Shown: positions 1-13,063, numbered from the stretch's first letter. The stretch is DNA of 64,000 bases from Anaeramoeba ignava BMAN (GCA_028826165.1 JAPDFW010000115.1:1-64000), one strand, 5' to 3'. Made by a program: numbers and translations. The notes: generated from the letters alone by a model not told the origin.

Positions 1-3000
1 AAATTATCATTATCAGAAAATATTAGTTGGGCTGAATTTAAATTAAAAAATTCATATTGAGATAATTGAATGATATGACTTTTCATTATTTTCCAAAAAT
101 TATTAAAAATTCTGAAAGTTGGTGTTTCATTATCACTAATTTTTTTGTAAAGGTTTATGAATGTTTCTTTCATAAGCATTTGTTTATCAGGTTCAATATT
201 ATCTAATAACTCTTTCCTTTTTCTTTCATGATCTTCCTTTTCTTCAGCCATTTGAAAATATTGAAATGTATCTTGACTTAATTCAATAAGACGAGCAACT
301 CTTTTCAAATTTAAATCAATTTCAAGTTCAATATCATTTTCATTTTCATTTCTATTTTCATTTTCATTTGAGATTTTATATTTTTCAAATGAAAAAACAT
401 CATCATCAAAAATACATTCATTTTCTTTCATATATCTCAATGAAGGAAAAAATCTCAATCCATTTTCTGAATTATAAGCTCTACTGCTTGGTATTTCGAA
501 TGAAAATTCAAATTGAGGTTGAAAATTAATAACTAATTCATTTCCATTTGTGCTAATTTTTCTTCGATTTTCAATTGATTTCCACATTAAAAATTCCCAA
601 ATAAAATCCTTGGTTTCTCTATTTGATGAAAATGGGAATTCAATATGAAAATAATATTTTTTTGTTGTTTTCTTAAAATATTCTTTTTGATAAATATCTT
701 GAATTTTTTTGATAGTTTCTGTTTTAGTTCCATTTTTCAATGAAATGTAAAAATATTTTTTTCCCATTTCTTTTTGTTTGATAAAAATGTTTCTAATTTG
801 ATAAGTTTTCCCAAGACCTGAAATTTTTGAAGTGAATGTTTGATAATTTGAATAATTTGGATAATTGTTTTCGAATATTTCTTGTATTCCTTTTCTTTCC
901 AAAATTTCAAGTTTTTCTTTAATTTCTCCATCTTTAAAAGCATGTATCAAATTGATGACTTGATATAAATCTCCTGAACATAATAAAACTAATGGGAATT
1001 TGGTTTTGTAGTTGATTCTTTGTATTTGTTCAATTAAAAAATTGTTGATTGATGTTTTTAGTTCTTGTGGATATAAAATTGTAAAAAGAAAATTTCTTGG
1101 ATTTTTTTCCTTTTCATTTGAAAAAATATGAGAAATTGTTTGATCTGTATTATAAATTTTGTAAATTGATAGGAAATTAAGTATGTCTCTTTCTTTTGTT
1201 TTTTTTGAGCAAATTAATACATTTTCTTTTAATGGAAAATGTTCAAAATAACATAAATAAAGTGTTGTCGTGATATCATAAATTTGTTCTTCATCGTTAA
1301 ATCTATAAATATATATTTTAGGATCAATTATTGTTCCTTCTCTTTTTTCTAAAATTTCGTTAAATTGATTTTTTAATTGTTCTTGTTTTTCTTGATAATT
1401 TTGAGGTTTTTTTCTTATACAAATCAACCGATTTTGAATTGAATTTTGAATTGGAAACAATTGAAGTAATTTTGATGTAAAATCAACAATATTTTCTTCA
1501 TTAATTAAACTTAATTCTTTCAATTTCTCTGTTTCTAATTTGGGATTAAATAAATGTAAAAGTGGAATAATTTCTTCAATTTCTTGTTTTAAATAAAAAT
1601 GATGAAGAATTGAAAAAAATTGTTCTTGTGAGAAAAAAGAAATTGATGGGTATTTTTTATAAGCTTTTTCAATTTCTTTTTCCCATTTTTCTAAATCTTT
1701 TGAAATTCATTTTTAGTTTTTTGAATTTCATTCCAATCATCATTTGGTTTGAGAATTAATTCTTTGTGGTAATTCTTTTTCGATATTTGAAATGAGCACA
1801 ATTCAATAATTTATGAAATAAATGAGGAAGAGTTTCAATTATTGGGAATATTCTTTGAAATTGTAATATATAATTTTGAATATTTTCATCTTGAAATAAT
1901 AAATTAGATGTTTTGGTAAGAAAACTATTTGATTGTTCAATTTCTTCTTTCCTTCTAAAATCTTGGAAAATATAATAAATTTCATATAAAGATTTAAGAT
2001 CAATCGAATCATCTTCAATTTCACAAAGAAAAATTTCATTTTCATTTTCAATTTCGTTTTCAGTTTCAATTTTTTGTTTAAATTCGAAAATAAATTTGCA
2101 TCCTTTTGAAAACATTTTTGTAATTCTTTCAACAGCTTGTTGTTGGATTGATTTTTTATTCATTTTCAAAGTTTGAATAAATTCATGAAAGGTTTTGTGT
2201 AAAAATGCAAAATCAAAAGCTCTTTCTTTTTGGTTTTTTTGGAAATCTCTTTCTGATTCATTAATCAAATCTAAAAATTGTTCAATATTTGTAAATTTTT
2301 TCTCATAATATAAATATTTTGTCATTCTATTTCTAAGTGAATTTAATAATTGAGCTGTGATTGAAAGTTTCGAATTTCCAGAAGAAATTGATTCAATAAT
2401 TTTTTGGAATTCATCATTATTTGTTTGTTCTTTCAACCAATCAAGAATCTCTGTATCAAATTTAATAATTTTTCTTTTTTTTTTAAAAAAAAGAAATGTT
2501 CTTTTTGTCTTCTCTTTTTCATATTGTATTCCTCTTTTAGGCATTATTTCACCAATAAAATTTAAAATTTGAGTTGTTAATTTATTGGATGTTTTGAGAG
2601 TTGTTTTTAAAATATCTGATGCTTGAGACAATTTTTGTTTTTTTTGGAAAGTTGGTTGATAGAATTTTGGTTCTTCTTGAAATTCAAATTGATTACAGAA
2701 ATGTTGAAATGATGAATAAGTCTCTGTATTTCGAATAATTTTTCTGTAATCTCGAATTTTATTTTGATCAATATTTATCTTTGCTGATCCAGAAAAAAAA
2801 GCTTTATTTAATTTTTTAATTTCAGATTTTAAATCTTCATCTTTTAAATCATTTGAGAAAAATTGATTTAATTCTTCAAAATTAATTGTTTTTTTTCCAA
2901 TTCTATACCTTAAATCATCCCATTCTTTTTTAACTTTTGGAATAAGTTCTTCTTGAATTTCTTTTAATAAATTTTCTCTCTTTTCTTTTTTGAAAAAGTT

Positions 3001-5243
3001 GATTTTTTCTCTATTCCAAATTTTTAAAAAAATGTAACTTTGTTCTAATTTTTCAAAAAATTCTAAATCATTAAAATTCAAATTAAGAGGTTTGAAAATC
3101 TCGTCAATTTCAGAAAGTTTATGAAAATTTTGAATTTTATCATCTTGAACATATTTTTCTTTTTCAATTTGCGATAAAACATTTTCAATTTCTTTAATTT
3201 GATTATTTTCTTCTTTTGTAAGAAATATTGATGAAAATATTTTTAAGTAATTTTTCTTTTTTTCAAGTTCATCTTTCCTTTTTGAGACTCATCAAAAATA
3301 CAATTTGAATTAAATATTTCAAAAATTTGTTTAAATGTTTTTTCATTTGTCCAAAAATCAAAGAATTCATGAATGGTAACTTTTTCTGGATTGTTTAAAA
3401 GTTGAGATTTTTCTGAAATTTGTCTTTTCCAATTCTCAAGTTCTAAATAAAATTGATTTGATTCTTGTTCAATTTTTTGATTTGTTTTTTGTAAATTATT
3501 AAACCATTTAAGGGTTTTTATCAACATTTCAAATTCTGTTTCATTTAAATTTTTAACTAAAATAAAAAAATCTTTGTTTTGATTTTCTTTTTCTTGAATT
3601 TTCAATTTGTTTTCGAAAAACTGAATTTGGAAAGGATAAACTGGGATATTAGAAATGATTTTGTAATCGTTTATAATTGAATCGATTTTGATAGCATCAA
3701 ATATCTGAGCAACAAATTGGTTGATTGGTTCTTGGATTTTTGGATTTGAAAAATTGATGTTAAAAATTTTTTGTTTAGCAATTTCTTGAAGCATTTGATT
3801 TGGATTAATTTTGTGAAATTCTTGAAATTTGAAATTAGAAGAAATCAGATTTTCGAATTTTGATCTATCAAAAATGTATTTCTCTTTGTTATAATCAAGG
3901 TTTCCATTTTGTCTCATTTCTTCCACTTCTTTTTTTTTCTTTTCAAAATATTGTTCACAATTATTACTAAATGCATTCCAAACTTCAACCCATTTTTTGA
4001 TTTGAGTTGTTTTGATATGAGAAATTAAAGAATAAATGGATTGCTGTCCTAAATCTTCAAATATTTTTTGTAAAATCAAATAATTATTTTGGAGATCAAA
4101 AAAGAAATGAAACTTCAATTCATTTGTGATTAGAAAATTATTGAAAATATCATTTTGAAAAGATAATTTGAAAAATGAATTGCTCGTAATATTGTCTAAC
4201 ATTTCGATAAAATATCTAATAAATGATTGAATTGATTCTTCATTTCCACTTTTTGGTGGAGAAATTGGAAAATAGGTTAAATTAAATTTGAGGTAAATTG
4301 GATAAAAATGCAACAAATGATATTGATCTTGATTTGATTTTTCTGATAATAATTGGTAAATTCCCTGTAAAAAAGTGGATTGTAAATATTGATCTTGTTG
4401 AGATTCTATTGTTAATATCTCAGAAAAATTTTTCAAAAAATCAACCTTTTTTTCTTGAATAAATTGAATTGGAACTAAAACTTTTTTCAAATCTTCATTT
4501 TTACAATAATTAAAATAGTAAATCATAAAAATTCTGAAAATAATGGGATAATTTATATCAGAAACTGATTGAAGTAAATTTGGATTTTCAAAAAATTGAG
4601 AAATAAATTGTAATTTATTCTTTTCATATTGATTTGATAATTTTGATATATTTGTAACAACTTTTATAATTTCTTTTAATTTGAATTGAGTAGAATGTTT
4701 CTCTTTTTCCTTATTCTTATCAAAAAAATCAAGGAAAGCTTGAAGGAAATCTTTTTGAACTTTTTGAATTGGAGATAGTAAGTCAATTTCCATTTTCTTC
4801 CATCTTTCTAGACTTCCATCAATTTTTTCGTCGTCTAATGGAATGTTAATAAAAGAATTAAACCAGAAATCAAATTTGAAAATTGAAAAAACATATTCAG
4901 AATTTGAATCTTCTTTCTTTTCTATTGTGATTAGATTTTTATCTTCAATTTTAAAATCCTTTAGTGTTTCATTAAAAAAGTAAAAAGAAAATGTTTTATC
5001 TTTGTTTTTCTTTTTGTTAAAAGAAATTCTCCATAAATTTTGAAAGTTTCCAATTTTTTCAATTTTTTTGTTCTTCATTTTTGAGTCTGAATCAACTTTA
5101 ATTTTTTCAAATTCAAATTTTCCTTTTAATTTTTTATTTTTTTTCATTTCATTCATCATTTGTTCTTGTAATTTTTGTTTAATTTTTTCGAAATCTGCAT
5201 AAAGAAAAACATGAACATCAAAATATTGTTTATTTCCTTGCAT
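1..5243 (-). CDS. RNF213/mysterin-like giant AAA+ ATPase E3 ligase, 5' part. Runs off the window start and is broken by about 3 frameshifts (~3280, ~1780, ~1705).
   Basis: ORFs 3243-5243 and 1756-3081 plus a frame continuing from ~1705 to base 1. Hand translation gives WEKEIEKAYKKYPSISFFSQEQF, FPLKENVLICSKKTKERDILNFL, Walker A SKISGLGKT (GLGKT at 804-818), YFHIEF..FIWEFL and PTFRIFNNF. These are collinear with RNF213 motifs (YLNFYTAEQL, LPTYDEVLLC, SERAGVGKS, FHLDV, PSWSELRNF). Confidence 0.75.
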
Positions 5244-5554
5244 TTTCTTTTGCGTGTAAAAAAATTCAAAAAAAAAATGAAATTTTTTGAGAAAAAATTA
5301 AAGAAAAAGATCCAAAACAGGAAAAAAAACAGGAAAAAAAACCGGAAAAAAATTTTTGATTTAAATTTTAATTTTAATTTTAATTTTAATTTTGATTTTA
5401 ATTTTAATTTTAATTTTAATTATAATTTTGATTTTAATTTTGAATTGAATTTTAATTTTAATTTTAATTTTAATTTTAATTTTAATTTTAATTTTAATTT
5501 TAATTTTAAATTTTAATTTTAATTTTAATTTTAATTTTAATTTTAATTTTAATT

Positions 5555-7327
5555 TTAATTTTGATCATTAAATTTATTAATTAATAAATCAAATAAATTT
5601 GGATTTGTTTGATTTAATTGAAAATAATCAATTCCTATTTCTAACTCATCAATTATTTCTTGTGTAATTTGAATTTCTTCTTTAATTTGATTTGAATAAA
5701 TCCAATATTCAAATATTTGAAATGATTTATTACTTAATTCACTATAATCTGTAACTTTATTTGAAGTATCATTTATTACAGATAAAAACATTCCTCGATA
5801 TAATTCACTTCTCATTATTAATATTAATTTAGGAAATTTATATTGTTTTTCTTTTCTTTCAATTATAAAATCTTTTTCATTTTCATTTAAATAAATTCTT
5901 TTCATTGTTTCTTCAATTTTTTCATTTGAATTTATAATTTCTTTAATTTCAGAATATAATTTTGGATTTATTTTTCTGTTTGAATAAATCATTTCAAATA
6001 TTTGATTTGATTCTTTAATTGATTTTTTTGAAATAATTTCTTGAAGTTTTTCAAGTTCATTTTGATCTTTTAATCTATATTTTAATATTAATTTATGAGC
6101 TTCAATTATTTCTCCATTTTCGGTTTTAAATGAAATATTACAAAATTCTTTTCTTTCAAATAATTTTATCAAATCTTCTTCAAGATTGGAAAAAGAAGAA
6201 GAAGAATAATAATAATAAAGAAATGATCTGGAATCTCCACAAGAAATATGATAATTGAAAATATCTTCTTTAAATCTTAATTTAGGAAGTTCAATTTGAA
6301 TTGGAGTTGATTTATTTTCTATATTTCCAGTTCCTAATTCACCAGAATAATTATCTCCAAATCCTATTAACTTATTATTGGAAGTTAAAATCAAATTATG
6401 AAAATTTCCAACAGAAAAATCAAGAATATTATCATCATCATTTTCAAATAAAGATGATTTGATTTCAGTAAATTCATAAGTATTTTCATCTTTGCCAAGT
6501 CCATTATATGTATAATCTCCACATGAATAAAATTTTCTTTTTGGATTTTCATTTTGATTTTGATTTTGATTTTCAATCAACATTATTGAATAACCATTTC
6601 CACATTGAATATCAATTATTTTACCTTTTGGAATATTTTGGATTTTGGTTAATTTTTTGATATACATTTCTTTTTTTCTTGATTCTCCTAATCCAAGTTG
6701 GCCATAATGATTATATCCACATGTAAATAATTCTTGATTTGAATTTAAAAGAAAAACATAATTTGAAGAATTTCCTGAAAATATTTTAGAAACATTTTTC
6801 ATCATTAAAAATTTTTTTTTTCTTTTTTTAAGTGTTTTAGAATCAAAACCAAGTTGACCATAACGATTTGAACCAATTCCATAAACATTTTGATTTGAAG
6901 TTAATAGGTAAATTGAAGTTCTTCCAGAAACAATATCTTGAATTATTCTATCATTTGTATCTTCAATTAATGATGAAATATTGATAAATTCATTTGGATT
7001 TTTTGAATTAATATTATTTCCTTTGGCAAATACAATTCCTTCTTTTGTTAAAATAGCTTCATTTAGATAACCAACAGTTACTTTTTGAATATTTTCAATT
7101 TGGATTTTTTGAATATTTTCATTTAAATATTCTATTGCTTTTCCATTTTCAAAAAGGAAAATTGTTGAAAATTCGCCTGTTGAAATTTGTTTAATTTGTT
7201 TTTCATTTTCATTTTCATTTTCATTTTCATTTTCAAATTTAATTGGAATTGGTTTTATTATTTTATTTGATTTATTTTTTAAAAGAATTGGTTTTTGATT
7301 TGAACCAAAAAATAAAATTTCATTCAT
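5555..7327 (-). CDS. RCC1-repeat beta-propeller + C-terminal tandem BTB/POZ protein (paralog 1)
   Basis: 590-aa ORF with RCC1 motifs (VYGIGSNRYGQLG, GFGDNYSGELG) and BTB motifs (FCNISF..IEAHKLILKYR; FPKLILIMRSELYRGMF). Confidence 0.9.
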   Translation of the reverse strand: MNEILFFGSNQKPILLKNKSNKIIKPIPIKFENENENENENEKQIKQISTGEFSTIFLFENGKAIEYLNENIQKIQIENIQKVTVGYLNEAILTKEGIVFAKGNNINSKNPNEFINISSLIEDTNDRIIQDIVSGRTSIYLLTSNQNVYGIGSNRYGQLGFDSKTLKKRKKKFLMMKNVSKIFSGNSSNYVFLLNSNQELFTCGYNHYGQLGLGESRKKEMYIKKLTKIQNIPKGKIIDIQCGNGYSIMLIENQNQNQNENPKRKFYSCGDYTYNGLGKDENTYEFTEIKSSLFENDDDNILDFSVGNFHNLILTSNNKLIGFGDNYSGELGTGNIENKSTPIQIELPKLRFKEDIFNYHISCGDSRSFLYYYYSSSSFSNLEEDLIKLFERKEFCNISFKTENGEIIEAHKLILKYRLKDQNELEKLQEIISKKSIKESNQIFEMIYSNRKINPKLYSEIKEIINSNEKIEETMKRIYLNENEKDFIIERKEKQYKFPKLILIMRSELYRGMFLSVINDTSNKVTDYSELSNKSFQIFEYWIYSNQIKEEIQITQEIIDELEIGIDYFQLNQTNPNLFDLLINKFNDQN

Positions 7328-7421
7328 TTTTGAAAAAGAAAAAAATGAAAAAAATGATTTTTTGGAATTTTAATTTTAATTTTAATTTTTGGATTATTTT
7401 TCAAAATAAAAACAAAGGAAT

Positions 7422-8767
7422 TCAAAACTTTTCATTTTCAATATTTATAGCTGAACAAGAACTTTTTTGAGCTTTTTCCCAATCAATATAATAATTATTT
7501 GTATCACGAAACTTCAAGACTAAATCCTGGTATTCTGACGAGTTAAAATACTGTTTCAAACGGGAAGAAATAGGGAAAACTTGTTCTTCAGAAGTCCATT
7601 CAATTATTTCTTTATTTTGATTTCTTAAGCATTTCATTGAAATTGCCCAAGACACTTTTGCTAGTCCAAATTCATCAAGATCTTTTTTTAAGTCCACAAT
7701 CAATTTCAAGAAGAAAGCCTCAAAAGCAGGACTAATGAAGAGAAAAAGGGTTTTTTTATAAAGCACAGCGTTGTGGAAATGTTCTGGTGTGCATACAATC
7801 CCCTCTTTGTTCCTTTTTTTGCTCAATTTTAGAAGGAATTCTAGCACTGGTCTTGCAATGCCTAATCCAGGGAATTTTTGACCTGGCAACATAGGGCGTT
7901 CTTTGGTAAACTTGGCTTCTGGGTTTTGTAAGGTTAACCATTGAATATTTAATAAATTTGCATTTTTTGGAAAATTTTCTTGAAAAAATTTTTGACCTTC
8001 ATTTAAATAATCCATTGTTTCTCCTGAATAATTTCTTGTTTGGAAATGAATATCTGTAGCTCGGCACGCTAAATAGATTAGGAAGTGATCTTTGGCTTCG
8101 TCTTTCTTGTTGAAGATGATAACTTTGTGACAATAGGGATCATCTGTTTCAATTTTAATTGTGATTTCTTCAATTCCTTTCTTTTGAATTTCTGATAAAA
8201 TTCCATATTTAGAAATGTATTTTTCGATTTTTGATTTTGAATACATTCCTCTTTTTGATTTTCATTTTAATTTCAAAATTAATATTAATATTAATATTAA
8301 TTTTAATATTAATTATAATTTTAATTTTGATTTTAATTTTAATTTTGATTTTAATTTTAATTTTAATTTTAATTTTGATTTTAATTTTAATTTTAATTTT
8401 AATTTTAATTTTGATTTTAATTTTTAATTTTGATTTTAATTTTATTTTAATTATAATTTTTATTTTAATTTTAATTTTAATTTTGATTATAAATAAATTG
8501 AGAATTTTATTTTAATTTTGATTTTATAAATGAATTATAATTTTGATTGTTTTTTTTTTTAATTTACAAAAATTCATCTTCTTTTTTTTTAATTTCTTTT
8601 CTTTTATTTTCTACATTTAATTCTAAAGGATCATCTTTTTCAGATAAAAAATCATCAAAAGAAACTGAATAATCTGCTTTTGCTTGAGAGAAAATCATTG
8701 AAAATAATTTCTCAAATAAACCAAAAAACCATTTTATAGATTCAGAACAAAAAGAAAGAATATCCAT
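7422..8767 (-). CDS. Two-exon gene (8767-8568, 8250-7422) homologous to the uncharacterised C-terminal domain of bacterial (myxobacterial-type) HDAC-family proteins and related stand-alone bacterial proteins
   Basis: GT-AG intron 8251-8567 joins ..EDEF-L-GMYSKSKIEKYISKYGIL in frame. Motifs WLTLQNPEAKFTKERPMLPGQKFPGLG and GIVCTPEHFHNA recall that bacterial family. Confidence 0.65.
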
Positions 8768-8869
8768 TTTAAAAAAAAAAATGAAAAAAAATGAAAATGA
8801 AAAAAATGAAAAAAGTTTTTTTTTTGAAATTAAAATAAAAATCGGAAAAAATTTTAATTACAATTTTTA

Positions 8870-9500
8870 TTTCAATTTTTATATTTAAATTTAAATTGAT
8901 TTCATTTCATATTTAAATGTAAATTGATTTCATTTCATATTTAAATTTAAATTGATTTCAATTTTAATATTTTAATTTTAATTTGATTTCATTTCATATT
9001 TAAATGAATTTTAATTTTAATTTTTATATTTAAATTGATTTCATTTCATATTTAAAATGAATTATAATTTTAATTTTTATATTTAAATTTAAATTGATTT
9101 CATTTCATATTCAAAATGAATTTTAATTTGTATTGAATTTTTAATTTAATTTTTAAATGTAAATTGATTTCATTTCATATTCAAATTGAATTATAATTTT
9201 AATTTTTATATTTAAATGTAAATTGATTTCATTTCATATTTAAAATGAATTTTAATTTTAATTTTTATATTTAAAATGTATTTTAATTTTAATTTTTATA
9301 TTTAAATTTAAATTGATTTAATTTCATATTTAAAATGAATTTTAAATTTAATTTTTAAATTGATTTCATTTCATATTCAAAATGAATTTTAATTATAATT
9401 TTTATATTTAAATGTAATTTCATTTCATATTCAAAATGGATTTTAATTTGTATTGAATTTTTAAATTTATTTTTATATTTAAATTGATTTCATTTCATAT
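8870..9500. repeat. Degenerate tandem repeat built from the WDR13 stop-codon region (aaattgatttcatttcatatt)
   Basis: About ten copies of gatttcatttcatatt(t/c)aaa, identical to the last codons and stop of WDR13 at 9481-9506. Confidence 0.85.
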
Positions 9501-11391
9501 TCAAAATCGCATCGCGAAGATAATCAAAATTCTCAAAATTTTCTGAACTTTCTGAAAAAGAATCAGAATCAGAAACTTTTGTATTTAAATTATTTTTCTG
9601 TTTTTCATCAACAGAAACAATAGGCTTTCGTTTCCAAATAATGACAGTACCAGAAGCATCACCACTCGCAAGCAAAGCTTCATCAAAAGAGAAGTCAGCA
9701 ACAATTACAGGCGTTTCATGAGCTTGCAAGTTGTTAATGACAGGCTTTTGGTGCCGAGTGATGTCGAAGATATAGATCGAATGATCTTCGCTCCCAGAAA
9801 CAATACATACATCTTTGCGCGTAGAAACAAGAGGACAGAAAATAGACCTGCAAGTATAAAACTGCATTTTGACTGACAGCGAATTAAAAAGTGTCAATGC
9901 TCCTGGCTTTTTGGAAGCAAAATCAACCTGAAAAATTCGGATCATATCATCAAGACAATTAGCAAGAATTACAGGATAGCCGCGCGAAACCCGAGGCGCC
10001 GAGAACTGCAGAGACGATATAGCAACCTCGTTGGGCAAAGTGTATTTGAAAGTTTTTTTGATTCTGATTTTATTTCTTCGCAGCTTAAAAGAACTAACCA
10101 TTACTGCATCCTGGACTGCATTGAATGTGTTAATCCCATCGATCCTGAATGTGAACAAGACGCCCTTCGAAGTGCCTGCGAAGATGAAGGATCCACTTTT
10201 GTCAAAGCAGATAGAAGTGATACTTGATTTTTGGTTTGAGGAGATCAAGAAATAGGGTCTGATTTGGGGGTTTTTATCAGCAACGCGCGGGGAATTTTTG
10301 TTGGTTTGATTGTGCCGAGAAGATTTGCGTTGCCGATCTTTTTCAAAGATGTTTTTGACTGATCCTTTTCTTGTGGAAATGGCAGCTCTTCTGCTCGAAA
10401 TGTCGAACTTCAATTCTAGATTTCCAGTACTGAAGTTGTACATCTTGAGACAGGAATCAGCAAAGCCGACAACAAAGAGATTATTGTTCAACGGGTGGAA
10501 CTTTATGCAAAGACTCTCTGTTTTGTCCTGGATCGTGCGGATGCATTTCATTGTCGAAACGCTCCAACAGCGGATTGTTTTATCATAACTGGTCGTGATA
10601 ATGTACTCGTTGGAATACGACCAATCAAGATCGCTGATGCCGCTGGTATGTCCTTTAAGCACACCAAGAACTCTTGGGTTCAAATAAGAGGCAACTATGC
10701 TTAAAGTGCCGTCAAGTGAGGCAAAAGCCAATAGATCGGAATTTTGATGTGCAAATTTCAAACAGGTTATTGCATCTTTGTTGTGATCAAAAAGCTGATG
10801 GATTCCGCTGAACGAGTACGCTTCTTCTGTTGTTTCTTTCTTCTCTCTCGGTTCTGCGATCAGATCCAAATTTGAATCCGTTTTTTCCGTTTTTGTTTCT
10901 TTTTCAAGTCCAAAAAAACTTAGTTTTTCAATCTCTTGATTTTGTTCTAAATACTCTTCAATTCGGTTGATCTATTTTCCATTGTTTTTTTTTCCCAATT
11001 TTTTAATCAAATAAGAAAACAATTTTATTTTTTTTCTTTAAAATTTTTTTCCAATTTTCCAAAATGAATAAAGTCCATTTTGTTTATTGATTAATTTGCA
11101 TTTCTTGTTTACCTCAGTTTTTTGAGGAACATTTCTTGCGCCAAAAGGTGATTTTGATTCTTTATTTGGCGAAATTTTAGATTTTTTTTGTTTTATAATT
11201 TTTTGTTTTTTTTTCTTTTTTTCAGACAATAAAATATTTCTTAAAGAATAATATTGTTTTTTGCGGAATTCAATATCAAAATTTCCTGAAGAAAGTTTAT
11301 TTAAAAGTAATTTTTTTCTTTGAGAAATATAAGAAGAAGAAAATTTATATTTTTCATTTAAAAGAAAATTAATAATTTCTTTATTTTCCAT
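9490..11391 (-). CDS. WDR13: WD40-repeat protein WDR13-like; exons 11391-11113 and 10971-9490
   Basis: N-exon YISQRKKLL..KKQYYSLRNILL matches WDR13 YIRRRSQLL..RRQYLRLRGQLL. YSFSGIHQLFDHNKDAITCLKFA matches YAFAGMYHVFDQH. The phase-0 GT-AG intron 10972-11112 restores the frame. Confidence 0.85.
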
Positions 11392-12145
11392 TTAAAAATT
11401 AAAATAAAAAAAAAAATAAAAAAAAATTTTTTTGCTTTTTTAATTTTAATTAAATTTAATTTAAAAAAAAAAACAATAGGTTTTTTCTTTAAATTGATCT
11501 TATTTAGTTTTTTTTCTATACTTGTAAATTAATATTAATTGGAAAAATTTTAAGAAAAAGATCTCGAGATGAAAAGTATATGTGTAAAATTATATATAAG
11601 TCTGTTAATTAAAGAAATTTTCTTTTGCGATCAATTTTGAAAAAAAAAAAATAAAAAAATAAGTAGATTTTTTTAAATATCAAATTAAATTCAAAAACTA
11701 ATTCAAAAAATATCATACAAAGCATTTACAAAGTTTTTCAAAAAGTTATAAACTGATCAAATTCAATTCAAAAGGGGTTTTTTTCAAGGATCAAAAAAAA
11801 GAAAAACAAAACAAACTAAAAAGAAAGATCAAATCAAAAGAAAAAACAACATGATTGAATAAGATATTAATTTAGAATATATAATAAAAAGAAGAAATCT
11901 CAAAATTTCCAACCGTTAATTCGTTAAAATAAAAAAAAATTAAAAAAAAATTTTTTTAAACAATAATAATTTTTAAAATCCTTCTTTAATATCAAAACTG
12001 AACAGAAAAAACAGCAAGTGTTCGTTGGATTCTCATCTCAAAATTTTATATTAATATTCGACCCACGCAAATTTGTAAATCATTCTTTTATCCATTTTTT
12101 TTATTTTTTCTTTCACTTATTAAATAATTTTTTTGAAGAAAACAA

Positions 12146-13063
12146 ATGAATAAGAAAAGCAAAACTAGTAAGAAAACCGAAACCAAAAGCAAGAAGCAAA
12201 GCAATCCTCCTGTGCAAGATCCTAATGCGCCTCCCAAAAAACCGAAAAACGGTTATTTGATTTTTGCTGCAAAAAAAAGAGAAGAACTTACAAAAGAAAA
12301 CGAAAAAACAAAAATTGGTCAAATGAGTAAACAAATTGGAAAGTTGTGGAAAGCATTAGATAAAGATGAAAAACAAGTAAGAATATGATTTAAAGTTAAA
12401 TTGAAGAATAACGGAAAAAATTTTAATTAAAATTAAATAAAATTTATTTTTCTCCTTTTTAAATAAAAAAAAAATATTTTTCTCCTTTTAAAATTAAAAA
12501 TTAAAATTTAAAATTAAAAAAGAAATATCTTGATGAAGCTGAAGAAGATAAAAAAAGATACCAAAAAGAATACGAAAAATGGGAAAAAGAACATCCTCAA
12601 CCAAAAGAAGAAAGTGAAGAAGAAAAACATTATGTTCGTAAAACAAGAAAACATCCTAAATCTCTTTTTGCTCTTCCTCCCAAAAAACCTAAGAATGCTT
12701 ATTTGATTTTTGCTGATGAAGTTCGTCCTAAATTAATGGAAGAAAATAAAGGAATTAAAGTTGGAAAACTCAGTAAAAGAATCTCAAAAATGTGGAAAGG
12801 TTTATCTTCAAAAGAAGTTAAGGTAATAAATTTTATAATTTTTTTTTTGCTAATCCAAAAAAAAATAACGGAAAAAAAAAATTTTTTTACTTTTTCGAAC
12901 TTTTTTTTAAATTTTTTTAATTTTTTAGAAATACAAAAAAATGGCTGAACAACAAAAAGTCGATTATGAAAAGGAACTTGAAGCTTATAACAAAAGACGT
13001 GCAAAAATGTTCTCAGAATCAGAATCAGAATCAGAATCATCTTCAGAATCCTCTTCAGATTAA
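12146..13063 (+). CDS. Double HMG-box protein (HMGB/NHP6-like); exons 12146-12376, 12523-12822, 12929-13063
   Basis: Two HMG boxes (DPNAPPKKPKNGYLIF..IGKLWKAL; PPKKPKNAYLIFADEVRP..ISKMWKGLS), two phase-0 GT-AG introns, Ser/Glu tail. Confidence 0.9.

Noticed and set aside
10031-10704. Plus-strand ORFs overlapping WDR13 (and similar antisense ORFs over other genes)
   Set aside because: Shadow frames of real genes with no recognisable motifs.
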